Positions 28,008 through 37,290 are shown, numbered from the stretch's first letter. The stretch is 49,482 nt of DNA from an uncultured Planctomycetaceae bacterium (GCA_964611695.1 CAZTAR010000001.1:1-49482); one strand, 5' to 3'. Program-made: numbers and translations. The notes: generated by a model not told the origin, from the letters alone.

Positions 28008-28081
28008 GTAGCGTCCGACGCCCGTGTCGGACAAGGAAGACAAACGGTTTGCCTCGGCCTGACAGGGGCGTCGGCCGCTAC
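28008..28081. repeat. REP-like 74-nt imperfect palindrome (GTAGCG family)
   Basis: GTAGCGTCCGACGCCCGTGTCGGACAAGGAAG...CCTCGGCCTGACAGGGGCGTCGGCCGCTAC. The two halves are near reverse complements. Related copies lie at 35711, 41167 and 45778. Confidence 0.7.
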
Positions 28082-28099
28082 AGGGGTGTGCAAAACGCT

Positions 28100-29347
28100 C
28101 TAGCTGTTGTCCGGTGCTTCGGGAAGATCGAAGCGTACAACGACTGATGAAGGCATGACGGGGTACTCGATCCGACAGCGATAGACGTCGAATCGCTCAC
28201 CGTCCCAGCCTGCACGGTCGAAGACATAGCGGCCCATTTGGGCATAGCGAGGAAGATCGGGCGTGTGCAATACCGAGGGGCCTTTGCCGAGGTAGCTGAC
28301 GGTGTGGCGAATCGGAAGCTGATGACGCTCGTGAATGACGCCTTCCCAGAGCATTTCGCCAGTATGCTCAGCATGGACGAGAACCGATGGATCCACAATG
28401 GGGCCAAAAGTGTCCTCACGCACCATGTAGTCCATCAAGACCACTTCGCAGGGCGTGCGAACGGTAACACAGATGCCTGCAAAGCGATCGCCCTCGGTGC
28501 TGTAGCGATGTTGCGCATGCCGCATGATGTGACCTTCCATGCATGTGACGGCTGCGCGATTACCCACGTCTCGGCTTACGATCTCGCCATCCACAAAGCC
28601 GAGCCCGGCTTCAACAGCGCGAAGCTCTGGCAAGGGCTTGCTGCAAAAATCTCGCAGCAGTGCCAGCCCAAATTTGCCACTGACTGGTTCCAGGGGATCC
28701 CTTTGAATGTCTACCGGTGAGCCATCATCGCCGCGAGCACCCGAGTGGGAAATGATCAAGGGTGCACTTCCTCGCAATTGGCGGAGATCCACAAAACCCT
28801 CGACCCGAATACCATCAATCCATCCAAGATCCTTACTAGGCTGAATAACGACTAGCTTCAACTGGGTTTTGGCCTGAACGCCCAGGATGTGGCGCTGTCC
28901 TCGGAAGGCGAGGCGCCGGTGCACCAGATCGAGCTGTTCCGCATTGGCGTCAGGGACCAGCGAACTCATCATTGAGTCGAAAGTGGCGCGATCACCGGCA
29001 TGACGCACGACGACTTCTTCGAAATCGTCTGCGGCGAGAGAAGCCGCTTCGATCAGCCGATTGGGAACTCCCTGCTTAGTCGCAGCCCGAAAGAAGGAAC
29101 GAAGGTTTGCGCGGCTCGGCACATGGGTGCCAGCGGCAACCGGGTCGGTAGAGTTCGCGACTTTAAAGACTCTCCAACTCAGCTTTCGATCGATCCGCAG
29201 GGCCCTGTGGAGATCTGCGCCCTTCCTGACTTCACTCGGAACGGCGGCAATCACCTCTGAGAGCTCGCTTCGCAAGCGCGTGAGGCTTCTCGTGACGTCT
29301 TCCTCGAAAGGCACATCAATCGAGTCTGAGAGATCTTTACGGGACAT
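28100..29347 (-). CDS. Hypothetical protein (415 aa), divergent from the giant secreted protein gene
   Basis: Long ORF with protein-like composition. No motif recognised, and no signal peptide or TM. Confidence 0.65.
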   Translation of the reverse strand: MSRKDLSDSIDVPFEEDVTRSLTRLRSELSEVIAAVPSEVRKGADLHRALRIDRKLSWRVFKVANSTDPVAAGTHVPSRANLRSFFRAATKQGVPNRLIEAASLAADDFEEVVVRHAGDRATFDSMMSSLVPDANAEQLDLVHRRLAFRGQRHILGVQAKTQLKLVVIQPSKDLGWIDGIRVEGFVDLRQLRGSAPLIISHSGARGDDGSPVDIQRDPLEPVSGKFGLALLRDFCSKPLPELRAVEAGLGFVDGEIVSRDVGNRAAVTCMEGHIMRHAQHRYSTEGDRFAGICVTVRTPCEVVLMDYMVREDTFGPIVDPSVLVHAEHTGEMLWEGVIHERHQLPIRHTVSYLGKGPSVLHTPDLPRYAQMGRYVFDRAGWDGERFDVYRCRIEYPVMPSSVVVRFDLPEAPDNS

Positions 29348-29443
29348 ATACTAACCATAACACCGAACCAAAGCAGAATCAAGGAAAAAGATAGGTGTTC
29401 CGCCACAATCCGGAAAAGATTTCTAGAAACATGCCACGCTATA

Positions 29444-29472
29444 TTGACAGTCGTGTTTCCATCTGCTATCCT
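29444..29472 (+). promoter_or_regulatory. Sigma70-like promoter candidate upstream of the giant gene
   Basis: TTGACA (29444-29449), 17-nt spacer, TATCCT (29467-29472), about 280 nt upstream of the ATG at 29754. Applying the E. coli-type consensus to this lineage is an assumption. Confidence 0.3.
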
Positions 29473-29753
29473 CGAAACATGCTGCATCGTTTAGTGGCTG
29501 GTCTGGTTGCGAATTGGCGTATGAGGTCGCCAACAATCCGGGGGGTCAACAACCAAAACGAGTGGATCGAGGATTCATCCCGATCTGCTCTGCATGATGG
29601 ATGGGGAAGGCGTTTCAGTATGACGAATCCGGCAATTGTTTTCAGTTCCAAAACGGGGTCATGTGTGCTCCGGGGTTAGGAACGACCTCCGGAGGCGGAA
29701 GTCGTGTTCGTCTCCGGGCGCGATCATTTTTCTCTTGGTAGGAGGTTGGTAAC

Positions 29754-32700
29754 ATGAGGTGGGCAACGATAGCAGTCGTCTTGTGTATGGCAGCGATGTG
29801 CCTGAACACGGTGACGGCAGATGACACGCCGCGGGTCAATTCTGCGGTGGGTGAAAACGAGGATGCAAGGCATTTCTTCAAGGAGGTTTCGCGTACGCTG
29901 CCTGGATCGGAGGTGGCGACGCCGGGCCAGTTCACTGGCGAACCGAGCATCGGTTCCCAGGCGTCCGACCTCAAGTCGGCCCAACCCGAGTTCGGGGTGA
30001 AGAACCCGACCGGCGCATCGGGCATCGAACGTTCTCCGGACGGGGCGTCATTCCGAAAGATCAGCTCTTTCGACAGCAAGCCGGCAACACCCGCTAACGG
30101 CAAGCCGTCGCGTGGTGACCGTGCTGCCCCGCGAGCACGCGGCTGCGGCGATGAAGAATCCGGCGATTGCTGCGACGCCAACTATACGCCCTATTGCGAT
30201 GATGGGGAGTGCTGCGACATCGTTTGCAACATGCTGGGCATGAGTTGGTGTTGTGACGAAGAGGACGGCGGTTGGGATGAAGACTGTGTGGCGGCTGCCC
30301 GAGATATGTGCGGCATATGTGGACCGCCGACCGCGGCGTGTTGCTTCGGCGACGAGTGCGTCGAGATGGAAGAAATCTCGTGCATTCTGGCGGGCGGCCG
30401 GTGGTACCACAGCGCGCATTGTGGCGAGTTCCAGTGTCCGGGCTGTTCCGCTGAGGACTCGCTTTTCTCTCAAAGCGTCAACAACTGGGGAACTTACGGC
30501 GGCACAACCTGCGATCTCGACTCTGGCTACGGCTTCGCCTACGACAACTTCTCGGGCGTTCAAGGCGATATCTGCGGCGTGAGGTGGGTCAGTGAGCCGA
30601 AAAGCCAGGAGGGCTGGGAATGCTACGAGGATCCGATGACGTTCATCATCGAGTTCCGTGAAGATAATGGTGGGATCCCCGGCGATATCGTGTGCAGCTA
30701 CACGGTGACGGCTTCAGGAAGATGGTTTGGAATCTACTACGACATTTGGGCTGAGTACGAGGTAGAGTTCGATACCTGTTGCACGTTGGAGAGTGGATGG
30801 ATCTCTATCCAGGGCACGGGTGGACCTGATTGCTTCTTCGGTTGGATCCAGGCTGAGGATGGTCAGGGCGACGGAAGGCACTGCTCAAGGCCTGTGGACA
30901 GCGAGGACTGGTCCTGTCAGGAAGCGGGCGAACCCTGGTCATGGGATCAGAACTTCTGCCTGCTTGGTACTCTCTACCCCGGTGCATGTTGTGACGAGGT
31001 CGCCGGTACGTGTGAGAGCAATGTTGAGGCAGCAGACTGTCCGGCGACGAGCCGCTTCTCGCCGCGGATCACCTGTGCCGAGATGGACCCGCCCTGCGGC
31101 GTCTTGGCCGGTGCTTGCTGCATCGACGAGGCCCCGTACTGCTACATCGAGTCTGGCGCCAATTGCGAGGGTTACTACCTTGGGGATGGCACGACGTGTG
31201 ATCTGAACGATTGCAACACCAATGGCGTACCGGACACCTGCGATATTGCCAGCGGCAACAGCGCCGACTGTGATGGAAACGGCATCCCGGACGAGTGCGA
31301 CATTGCCGGCGGCGCGGACGATTACGACGCCAACGGGGTGTTGGATGCCTGTGAGCCGGACTGCAACAACAACGGCCTTGTCGATGCGTGCGACATCAAC
31401 TGTGCGACCGGCAACTGCGCTTCGCATCCGACAGTGACGTGTGGCGGCAGCCTGGATTGCCAGCCGAATGGTATTCCCGATGAGTGCGAATTGGGGACTC
31501 TGGGTAGTTCCACACTCTGGGACAACGGCGCGCCCAATGATGCCTACGTATTGCGAAGTCACTTCGGCGGTTCATTCGAGAATGCCCTGACTGTGGACGA
31601 CTTCAACCTTCCAAGCGGTGGAATCGTCAATGGCCTGCATTGGGAAGCCGAGGAGACAGGCACGTTTCAGTGGCAAGGCTTTGTGCATGTCTTCATCTAT
31701 GGTGACAACGGTGAAGGTGGACCGGACGACGGGAATGAGATTGCGTACTTCACGGTGCCCAACGATACCGGCTCCATTATTAAGACCTGGCTCGGCGCGG
31801 GCACTCAGCTAGAGAATCGCTATCGGTACGACATCTACGGATTGGATATCCCACTCGGCTCCGGCATCTATTGGCTCGGGCTGGCGCCGGATGGCGGTTT
31901 CACCAGCTACGGCAATGGCGAGGATTCGAAGTGGTGCAGCAGTCAGACCGGCGGAGCCGTGATCGGTGGAGAGGCCCACATTCGCGTCCCCATGGTTGGA
32001 TACGATTTCTTCGAGCCGTGGAGCGGTCTTGGCGCGCCCGGACCGCATGATGCGTCGTTCACAGTGACCACGAGCTTCTTCGGCGCTGACTGCAACGGCA
32101 ACGGCATCCCGGATGATTGCGATATCGCCGATTGTGATGGATCCGCATGGTGTCAGGATTGCCAGGGCAACGGCATCCTGGACGGCTGCGAGCCCGACTG
32201 CAACGGAAACGGCATCGCGGATCAGTGCGATATCCTGGATTGCGACGGCAGCACCTGGTGCGGTGATTGCGACGGCAACGAGGTCCCGGACGAGTGTCAG
32301 GTGCCTCCGCTCGGCGGCGAACTGGACTGCAACGAGAACGGATCGCCCGACAGCTGTGATGTTGCCGACGGCGTCAGCCCCGATTGCAATGGCAACGGTG
32401 TTCCCGACGAATGTGACATTTCGGACGAAACCAGCTTCGATTACGACTTGAACGGTGTTCCTGATGAGTGTGATCCTGACTGCAATGGCAACGGTCTGGT
32501 CGATGCGTGCGACCTCAATTGTGCCACCGGCAACTGCGCCTCTCATCCGTCGGTCACGTGCGGTGAGAGCCTCGACTGCCAGCCGGACGGCATTCCCGAT
32601 GAGTGTCAGCTCGTCAGCGATTGGGAGTACGCAATTGACGACGGCACAAGCGACAACTCGGCCGGCCTCTCAGCGGGCGGTTCCATCGCCTGGCTGAATC

Positions 32701-34973
32701 ACTTTGTGGTGCAGGATGGCATCTCAACGATTAGCAAGATCAGCCTGGCCTGGGCCAGCGCTCCAGCCATGTCCAGCTGCACCGTGTACCTCTGGAGCGA
32801 TCCCAACAATGATGGTTTGCCAGACGACGCAGTGGTCTTGGCTTCGGCCAACACAATGGTTACTAACCCAGAGACGGACATCTTCAAGGTTGTCGACATT
32901 GCGGATACCAATGTGGGGCCCAACGGGACCAGCTTCTTCGTGGGCGCCATTATGACCCATCCCTCTGGCGACCGCCCGGCTGCGGTTGATGACAACGGCA
33001 CGGGTACCGGCTGGATTGCCGGCAATACTTCCGGACCCGTGGATCCCAACGACCTCGCGGCTGCACCGATCGCGCCGCAGGCTTATGTGAACGCCTGGCT
33101 AGTTCGGGCAACGGGTCTGGGGATCAACGACTGCAATTCCAACGACATCCCGGACGAGTGCGACATTGCCTCGGGCTACAGTCAGGATTGCGACGCCAAC
33201 GGGATGCCGGACGAGTGCGAGTGGATGGACTGCAACGACAACGGCATCCACGATCCGTGCGACCTGTTGACCTGTGACGGTTCGCCTTGGTGCTCGGACT
33301 GCAACTCCAACAACGTCATCGACGAGTGTGATATCAGCTCTGGGTTCAGCGAGGACTGCCAACCGGACGGCGTGCCGGACGAGTGTCAGCTTGGCGCCCT
33401 CGTCACAGTCCTTGATGAGACCTTCTACACGACCTCGTTCTGGGAGGAGCCCTTGCCCAACGGTTGGGGGTCGGTCACCGTGTCCGGTGCCCCGTGGAAC
33501 GAGTGGATCATGTACGGCGGTTGGGGCTGCGAATACGAGGGCGGCGCCATGATCTTTGGCAATATGGAAGAAGGCAAGAGCGGCGCTAGAGCGGGACTCG
33601 ATGTTTACCTCTTGTCGCCCGAGTTGACTATGACCGACGGCATCCTCAGCTTCTGCACGAACGGTGCTGCTGTTGGTTCTCAACCGTGGTGCGATGAACA
33701 ACTGGATCTCATGGTTGTGATCGGCGAACCCGGCGGCGGTGATGATATCTTCGTCGGCAGCGTGAGTGACTTGTGGTCAGGATACTTCGGCGGTTTCGAT
33801 GAAGGCGTATTCGACTTGTCCGAGTTGCTTCCGGGCGGACCGTTCAAGCTCGGCTTCAGGTACTACGGTGAAGGTACCGAATTCGAGAACGCCTTGATCG
33901 ACCAGATCCTGTTGACTCGAAAGCAGCCGGGCAGCGACTGCAACGACAACGGTATCCCGGATGATTGCGATCTGCGGGATTGCGACGGCAGCGCCTGGTG
34001 CGATGACTGCAACGCTGACGGCGTGCTGGACAGTTGCCAACTTGGCGACGCCGGCGGCCAAACGTACCAATGGGATGACGGCACGATCGAAAGTGGGTTC
34101 GGGTACGGCATTATGGCGGAGAATGTCTGGGTCCAGAGATTCGATGCTCAGCCGGGCTCCGAAACGATTGAAGCGATTGCCACGGCCCTCGGCTCTGTAG
34201 GAGGCGAGGCGGGCGTGGCTCCCGGTGACCTGCTCCGTGTGTACGTGTGGAGTGATCCCATGGGCATGGGTGAACTCAGCGAGGCGGTTCTTCTCGCAGA
34301 GGCCAGTGCGCCTGCGGATGCGGCGGCCATCAATACCGGCCTCCTTCAGACGGTGCCGATCGGACCGGTGACGGTGTCGGGAAGCTTCTTCATTGGTGCT
34401 TCTGTCCTCTCCGAAGCAAACCCGGGACCGGGCGACCGGCAGGAACCGCTGGCCCACGAGTCGTGGATGGCTTTTGTCGAAGGCGGAACGTTCGACCCCA
34501 ATAACCTCGAAGAAGGTGCGGAATTGGTCTTCATGGACTGGTGGGCCGCCACGGACTGGGTCTTGCGAGCCCTCACCGCTTCCGGCTCGCCGGCGAACGA
34601 CTGCAACGGCAACGGCATCCCGGACGAGTGCGACTTGTGCGGCGATCTCAACGGTGACGGCGAGGTTGATTATGACGACTACGTCATCTTCCTCTCGGCG
34701 TTCGGCGGTGAGGCCGATGGTTCGCCGGCCGAGGATTACTGCTGCGACTACGACCATACAGGCGCCGTCGGCATGGCCGACTATCGCGCGTGGTTGCAGT
34801 GCTATCGCGACTTCGTCGGTGATCCGCTGGCCGGTCCGCCGACCAATCGTGGTTTCGAGGAACCTGGCTTCGGGACGGCCGATGGTGACACTGACTCTGG
34901 CACTGGGCGAATCCAGCCTACCCGCACGCAGAGCACCACCAACCCGAGGTCGAAAGTGAGTCCGAGACTGTAA
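29754..34973 (+). CDS. Giant secreted Cys/Asp-rich repeat protein (1739 aa) with a C-terminal dockerin-like module
   Basis: Signal peptide MRWATIAVVLCMAAMCLNTVTADD and a Cys-rich N-terminal region. Well over 20 copies of the D-C-N-x-N-G-[IV]-P-D-E-C-D motif come in five clusters that alternate with beta-rich modules of roughly 170-200 aa. C-terminal pair is DLNGDGEVDYDDYVIFLSAF and DYDHTGAVGMADYRAWLQCY (dockerin/EF-hand-like). Confidence 0.9.
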   Translation: MRWATIAVVLCMAAMCLNTVTADDTPRVNSAVGENEDARHFFKEVSRTLPGSEVATPGQFTGEPSIGSQASDLKSAQPEFGVKNPTGASGIERSPDGASFRKISSFDSKPATPANGKPSRGDRAAPRARGCGDEESGDCCDANYTPYCDDGECCDIVCNMLGMSWCCDEEDGGWDEDCVAAARDMCGICGPPTAACCFGDECVEMEEISCILAGGRWYHSAHCGEFQCPGCSAEDSLFSQSVNNWGTYGGTTCDLDSGYGFAYDNFSGVQGDICGVRWVSEPKSQEGWECYEDPMTFIIEFREDNGGIPGDIVCSYTVTASGRWFGIYYDIWAEYEVEFDTCCTLESGWISIQGTGGPDCFFGWIQAEDGQGDGRHCSRPVDSEDWSCQEAGEPWSWDQNFCLLGTLYPGACCDEVAGTCESNVEAADCPATSRFSPRITCAEMDPPCGVLAGACCIDEAPYCYIESGANCEGYYLGDGTTCDLNDCNTNGVPDTCDIASGNSADCDGNGIPDECDIAGGADDYDANGVLDACEPDCNNNGLVDACDINCATGNCASHPTVTCGGSLDCQPNGIPDECELGTLGSSTLWDNGAPNDAYVLRSHFGGSFENALTVDDFNLPSGGIVNGLHWEAEETGTFQWQGFVHVFIYGDNGEGGPDDGNEIAYFTVPNDTGSIIKTWLGAGTQLENRYRYDIYGLDIPLGSGIYWLGLAPDGGFTSYGNGEDSKWCSSQTGGAVIGGEAHIRVPMVGYDFFEPWSGLGAPGPHDASFTVTTSFFGADCNGNGIPDDCDIADCDGSAWCQDCQGNGILDGCEPDCNGNGIADQCDILDCDGSTWCGDCDGNEVPDECQVPPLGGELDCNENGSPDSCDVADGVSPDCNGNGVPDECDISDETSFDYDLNGVPDECDPDCNGNGLVDACDLNCATGNCASHPSVTCGESLDCQPDGIPDECQLVSDWEYAIDDGTSDNSAGLSAGGSIAWLNHFVVQDGISTISKISLAWASAPAMSSCTVYLWSDPNNDGLPDDAVVLASANTMVTNPETDIFKVVDIADTNVGPNGTSFFVGAIMTHPSGDRPAAVDDNGTGTGWIAGNTSGPVDPNDLAAAPIAPQAYVNAWLVRATGLGINDCNSNDIPDECDIASGYSQDCDANGMPDECEWMDCNDNGIHDPCDLLTCDGSPWCSDCNSNNVIDECDISSGFSEDCQPDGVPDECQLGALVTVLDETFYTTSFWEEPLPNGWGSVTVSGAPWNEWIMYGGWGCEYEGGAMIFGNMEEGKSGARAGLDVYLLSPELTMTDGILSFCTNGAAVGSQPWCDEQLDLMVVIGEPGGGDDIFVGSVSDLWSGYFGGFDEGVFDLSELLPGGPFKLGFRYYGEGTEFENALIDQILLTRKQPGSDCNDNGIPDDCDLRDCDGSAWCDDCNADGVLDSCQLGDAGGQTYQWDDGTIESGFGYGIMAENVWVQRFDAQPGSETIEAIATALGSVGGEAGVAPGDLLRVYVWSDPMGMGELSEAVLLAEASAPADAAAINTGLLQTVPIGPVTVSGSFFIGASVLSEANPGPGDRQEPLAHESWMAFVEGGTFDPNNLEEGAELVFMDWWAATDWVLRALTASGSPANDCNGNGIPDECDLCGDLNGDGEVDYDDYVIFLSAFGGEADGSPAEDYCCDYDHTGAVGMADYRAWLQCYRDFVGDPLAGPPTNRGFEEPGFGTADGDTDSGTGRIQPTRTQSTTNPRSKVSPRL

Positions 34974-35135
34974 AAAAGCCTCCTGGATGGTGACGCCTGG
35001 TTGCGGTCCGTGCCTCCACTGACTGCAACCGGCGTCGCCCTCATACGAGAATATACAAACAACGAGGAAACCAAACACGAACCAGGGAATCACGATCGAA
35101 AACGAATTCGAAAACCCTGAGGAGGATTGAGAATC

Positions 35136-35672
35136 ATGAATCTATCACGAAGTATTGTTTGCATCACGATGTTGATGGTCATGGCGAGCACGACCGCGGC
35201 ATCGGGAAGTATCGTCGTCAGCATCGAGCCGGAGAATCCGACTGTCGCGTTGGGCGAGTTTGTCGATGTTGATATTGTCGCGACGTTTGATGAACCGATC
35301 GTCGCCTGGGGCCTGGACATCACGGTCGACGTGCCGGCCTACACGAGTTGGACGCTTGCGGAAATCGGCTCTGCGTGGAATTGGCCGACGAGCGGTTCCT
35401 TGGACGGCGACGCCCTGGCAGGCCTGCGTTTTCCCACCGGCGTCACCGGAGAAGTTTTGCTGGCGACGTTGACGTTTGAGGGCTTGGCCGAAGGCGCAAC
35501 GCTGTTGAGTTTGAGCAGCGGCCCGGAAGAGGACGAAGGCTTCGAGTATCAAGCCGGCGGCCTGGCGGAAGGTGTGGTGTTCGAGTCTGCCACGTTGACA
35601 GTCACCCCGGAGCCAACGACGATGGCACTGCTCGTGGCCTCAAGCCTGCTGGTGCTGCGACGGCGACGGTAA
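35136..35672 (+). CDS. Cohesin-like domain protein with a PEP-CTERM sorting signal
   Basis: GAGGAGG lies 10 nt upstream of the ATG. Signal peptide MNLSRSIVCITMLMVMASTTAASG. The beta-rich domain SIVVSIEPENPTVALGEFVDVDIVATFDEPIVAWGLDITVDVPAYTSW...GEVLLATLTFEGLAEGATLLSL follows the cohesin pattern. The tail is VTPEPTTMALLVASSLLVLRRRR. Confidence 0.75.
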   Translation: MNLSRSIVCITMLMVMASTTAASGSIVVSIEPENPTVALGEFVDVDIVATFDEPIVAWGLDITVDVPAYTSWTLAEIGSAWNWPTSGSLDGDALAGLRFPTGVTGEVLLATLTFEGLAEGATLLSLSSGPEEDEGFEYQAGGLAEGVVFESATLTVTPEPTTMALLVASSLLVLRRRR

Positions 35673-35786
35673 GCACACGGCGGCAACAAGTAGGAGTAGT
35701 TATCGAGAACGTAGCGTCCAACCCCCGTGCCGAACGAGGAAGACGAACGGTTTGCCTCGGCCGACACGGGGCGTTGGCTGCTACAG
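35157..35786 (+). repeat. Right copy of the ~0.5-kb direct repeat (partner 27560..28083)
   Basis: See the left copy. This copy contains the 147 bp missing from the left copy, between two CCTGGC hexamers at 35414 and 35561. Confidence 0.8.
35711..35784. repeat. REP-like 74-nt imperfect palindrome (GTAGCG family)
   Basis: GTAGCGTCCAACCCCCGTGCCGAACGAGGAAG...CCTCGGCCGACACGGGGCGTTGGCTGCTAC. Confidence 0.7.
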
Positions 35787-35802
35787 AAAAGGTGAGTTAG
35801 CT

Positions 35803-37185
35803 TTAGCGTTTAATGGTGCGAATGAATTCCTGCACTTCGGGAATTTCGCCCTGGAAGATCAGGTAGCCGTTGTACGGCTCTCGCTCGGTGATTTCGTCAA
35901 CAACCGGGCTCAACATGATTCGCCGGAGTTCTTCGCGATCATCAGTCTGGCCAAGCGCCCAGGACAGTTTCATGAAGGCGACCTCCGGGAGCATGTTGGC
36001 GGCCGGCACGACCCCCAACTCCATGATCTCCCGCCCGGTCTCATAGACATACATCTGCACGTAACCCCACAGGGTCTGGACCGTCATATAGATGTGGACG
36101 CCCTTGGCGACCGCGCGATCGAGCGCGGGGTAGAGCGGCTTGTTTACATGGCCCAGCCCGGTGCCGGCAATGACGATGCCGCGATAGCCCATGTCTACGA
36201 TGGCGTCCACGATGTCGGGCGACATGTTCGGATAGTAATAGAGGATGGTGACCTTGTTATCAAACGCCGTGTTGATCCTGACGTTGCGATCGTCGCGCCG
36301 CCGTTTGTAGTCCTGTCTGAGATAGTCGATCTTGTGCGGGTAGATCATGGCCAATGGCGTGTCGCCGATCGTGCGGAAGGTCGAGCGATAACTGGAGTGC
36401 ATCTTGCGGACGCGCGTGCCGCGATGGAGCAGGCAATACTGATCCGAGGTCGGACCGAACATGCACACGGAGACCTCGGCGATGTCACCCTCCGCAGCCG
36501 CTTTAACGGCGTTGATCAGATTGATCGCGGCATCCGAAGAGGGCCGATCGGACGAGCGCTGCGATCCGACCATGACAATCGGGACTGGCGAATCCTGCAC
36601 CATGAAACTCAGAATCGCTGCCGTGTGATGCATGGTATCGGTGCCGTGGCCGATGACAATGCCGTCCACGCCCTCTTCGATCTTCTCGCCGATCCGCTCG
36701 GCAAGCCGGATGTATTGCTCGGGTCCCATGTTTTCGCTGAAAACGCCGAAGAGTTTCTCGGTGGTCAGGTTGCAGACGTCCGCCAGTTCCGGGACTGAGC
36801 CGTACAACTCGCCGGGCGAAAACGCGGGGATGACCGCCCCGGTGCGGTAGTCGAGTCGGCTGGCGATCGTTCCGCCCGTGCCGAACAGCGTGACGTTCGG
36901 TTTCTCCGAGTCGAAGGGAAACTCCTTCTCCGGAATCTTGTAGTGCGCCTCGCGCCGGCCATGCTCCGTCATTCGCGTGATCGAATCCGCCGCGACACCG
37001 ACGTTGTATCCGCTGGCCAGCTTCAAGACGATGTGCTGGTCGTCGGCGGTCTCCGAACGGGGAAGGATAATACCCTTGAAGCCGCCGTTGCCGGTTTCCA
37101 CTTCGACATCACTCCAGACGGAAACATCGAACTTGTCGAGCGTTGTCTTTCCAATCCCGCGATAACCTTGGGTCGTGTCACTCAT
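35803..37185 (-). CDS. gatD: Glu-tRNA(Gln) amidotransferase subunit D (archaeal-type, asparaginase-like)
   Basis: HIVLKLASGYNVGV, TLFGTGGTIASRLDYRTGAV, IGHGTDTMHHTAA, GSQRSSDRPSSDAAINL, HRGTRVRKMHSSYRSTF. These match GatD blocks as I recall them from methanogen GatD. Confidence 0.85.
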   Translation of the reverse strand: MSDTTQGYRGIGKTTLDKFDVSVWSDVEVETGNGGFKGIILPRSETADDQHIVLKLASGYNVGVAADSITRMTEHGRREAHYKIPEKEFPFDSEKPNVTLFGTGGTIASRLDYRTGAVIPAFSPGELYGSVPELADVCNLTTEKLFGVFSENMGPEQYIRLAERIGEKIEEGVDGIVIGHGTDTMHHTAAILSFMVQDSPVPIVMVGSQRSSDRPSSDAAINLINAVKAAAEGDIAEVSVCMFGPTSDQYCLLHRGTRVRKMHSSYRSTFRTIGDTPLAMIYPHKIDYLRQDYKRRRDDRNVRINTAFDNKVTILYYYPNMSPDIVDAIVDMGYRGIVIAGTGLGHVNKPLYPALDRAVAKGVHIYMTVQTLWGYVQMYVYETGREIMELGVVPAANMLPEVAFMKLSWALGQTDDREELRRIMLSPVVDEITEREPYNGYLIFQGEIPEVQEFIRTIKR

Positions 37186-37290
37186 GTTGTCTTCCTGGTC
37201 AGACGCTCCGGTTGCGGATTGCTTTGCGGTTAATCCCCTTTCTTGTTAACCGCAGTGAACGCAAAGTGTGTGTGGTGGTTTGCAGCGAAA

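Larger units (their letters stand above)
27560..28083 (+). repeat. Left copy of a ~0.5-kb direct repeat (partner 35157..35786)
   Basis: Homology starts at GTTTG(C)ATCACGATGTTG. It runs through the coding region and resumes in the 3' palindromic element, ending ...GCTACAG. Confidence 0.8.

Noticed and set aside
29754-34973. Regularly recurring ~36-nt DCNGNGIPDECD-coding units; considered as a CRISPR-like or tandem array
   Set aside because: The units are in frame within one long ORF, are imperfect, and have no unique spacers of constant length. They are coding repeats. I saw no CRISPR array anywhere in the window.
30048-35093. Long minus-strand and off-frame ORFs inside the giant gene (30939..31562, 31809..32546, 33099..33701, 33777..35093 and others)
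   Set aside because: These are shadow ORFs of a high-GC, repetitive plus-strand gene. Their translations are Arg/Ala/Val-rich noise with no motifs and no RBS.
35752-36798. 348-aa plus-strand ORF antisense to gatD
   Set aside because: The opposite strand carries unmistakable GatD motifs. This frame has no motifs and is a typical GC-rich antisense open frame.
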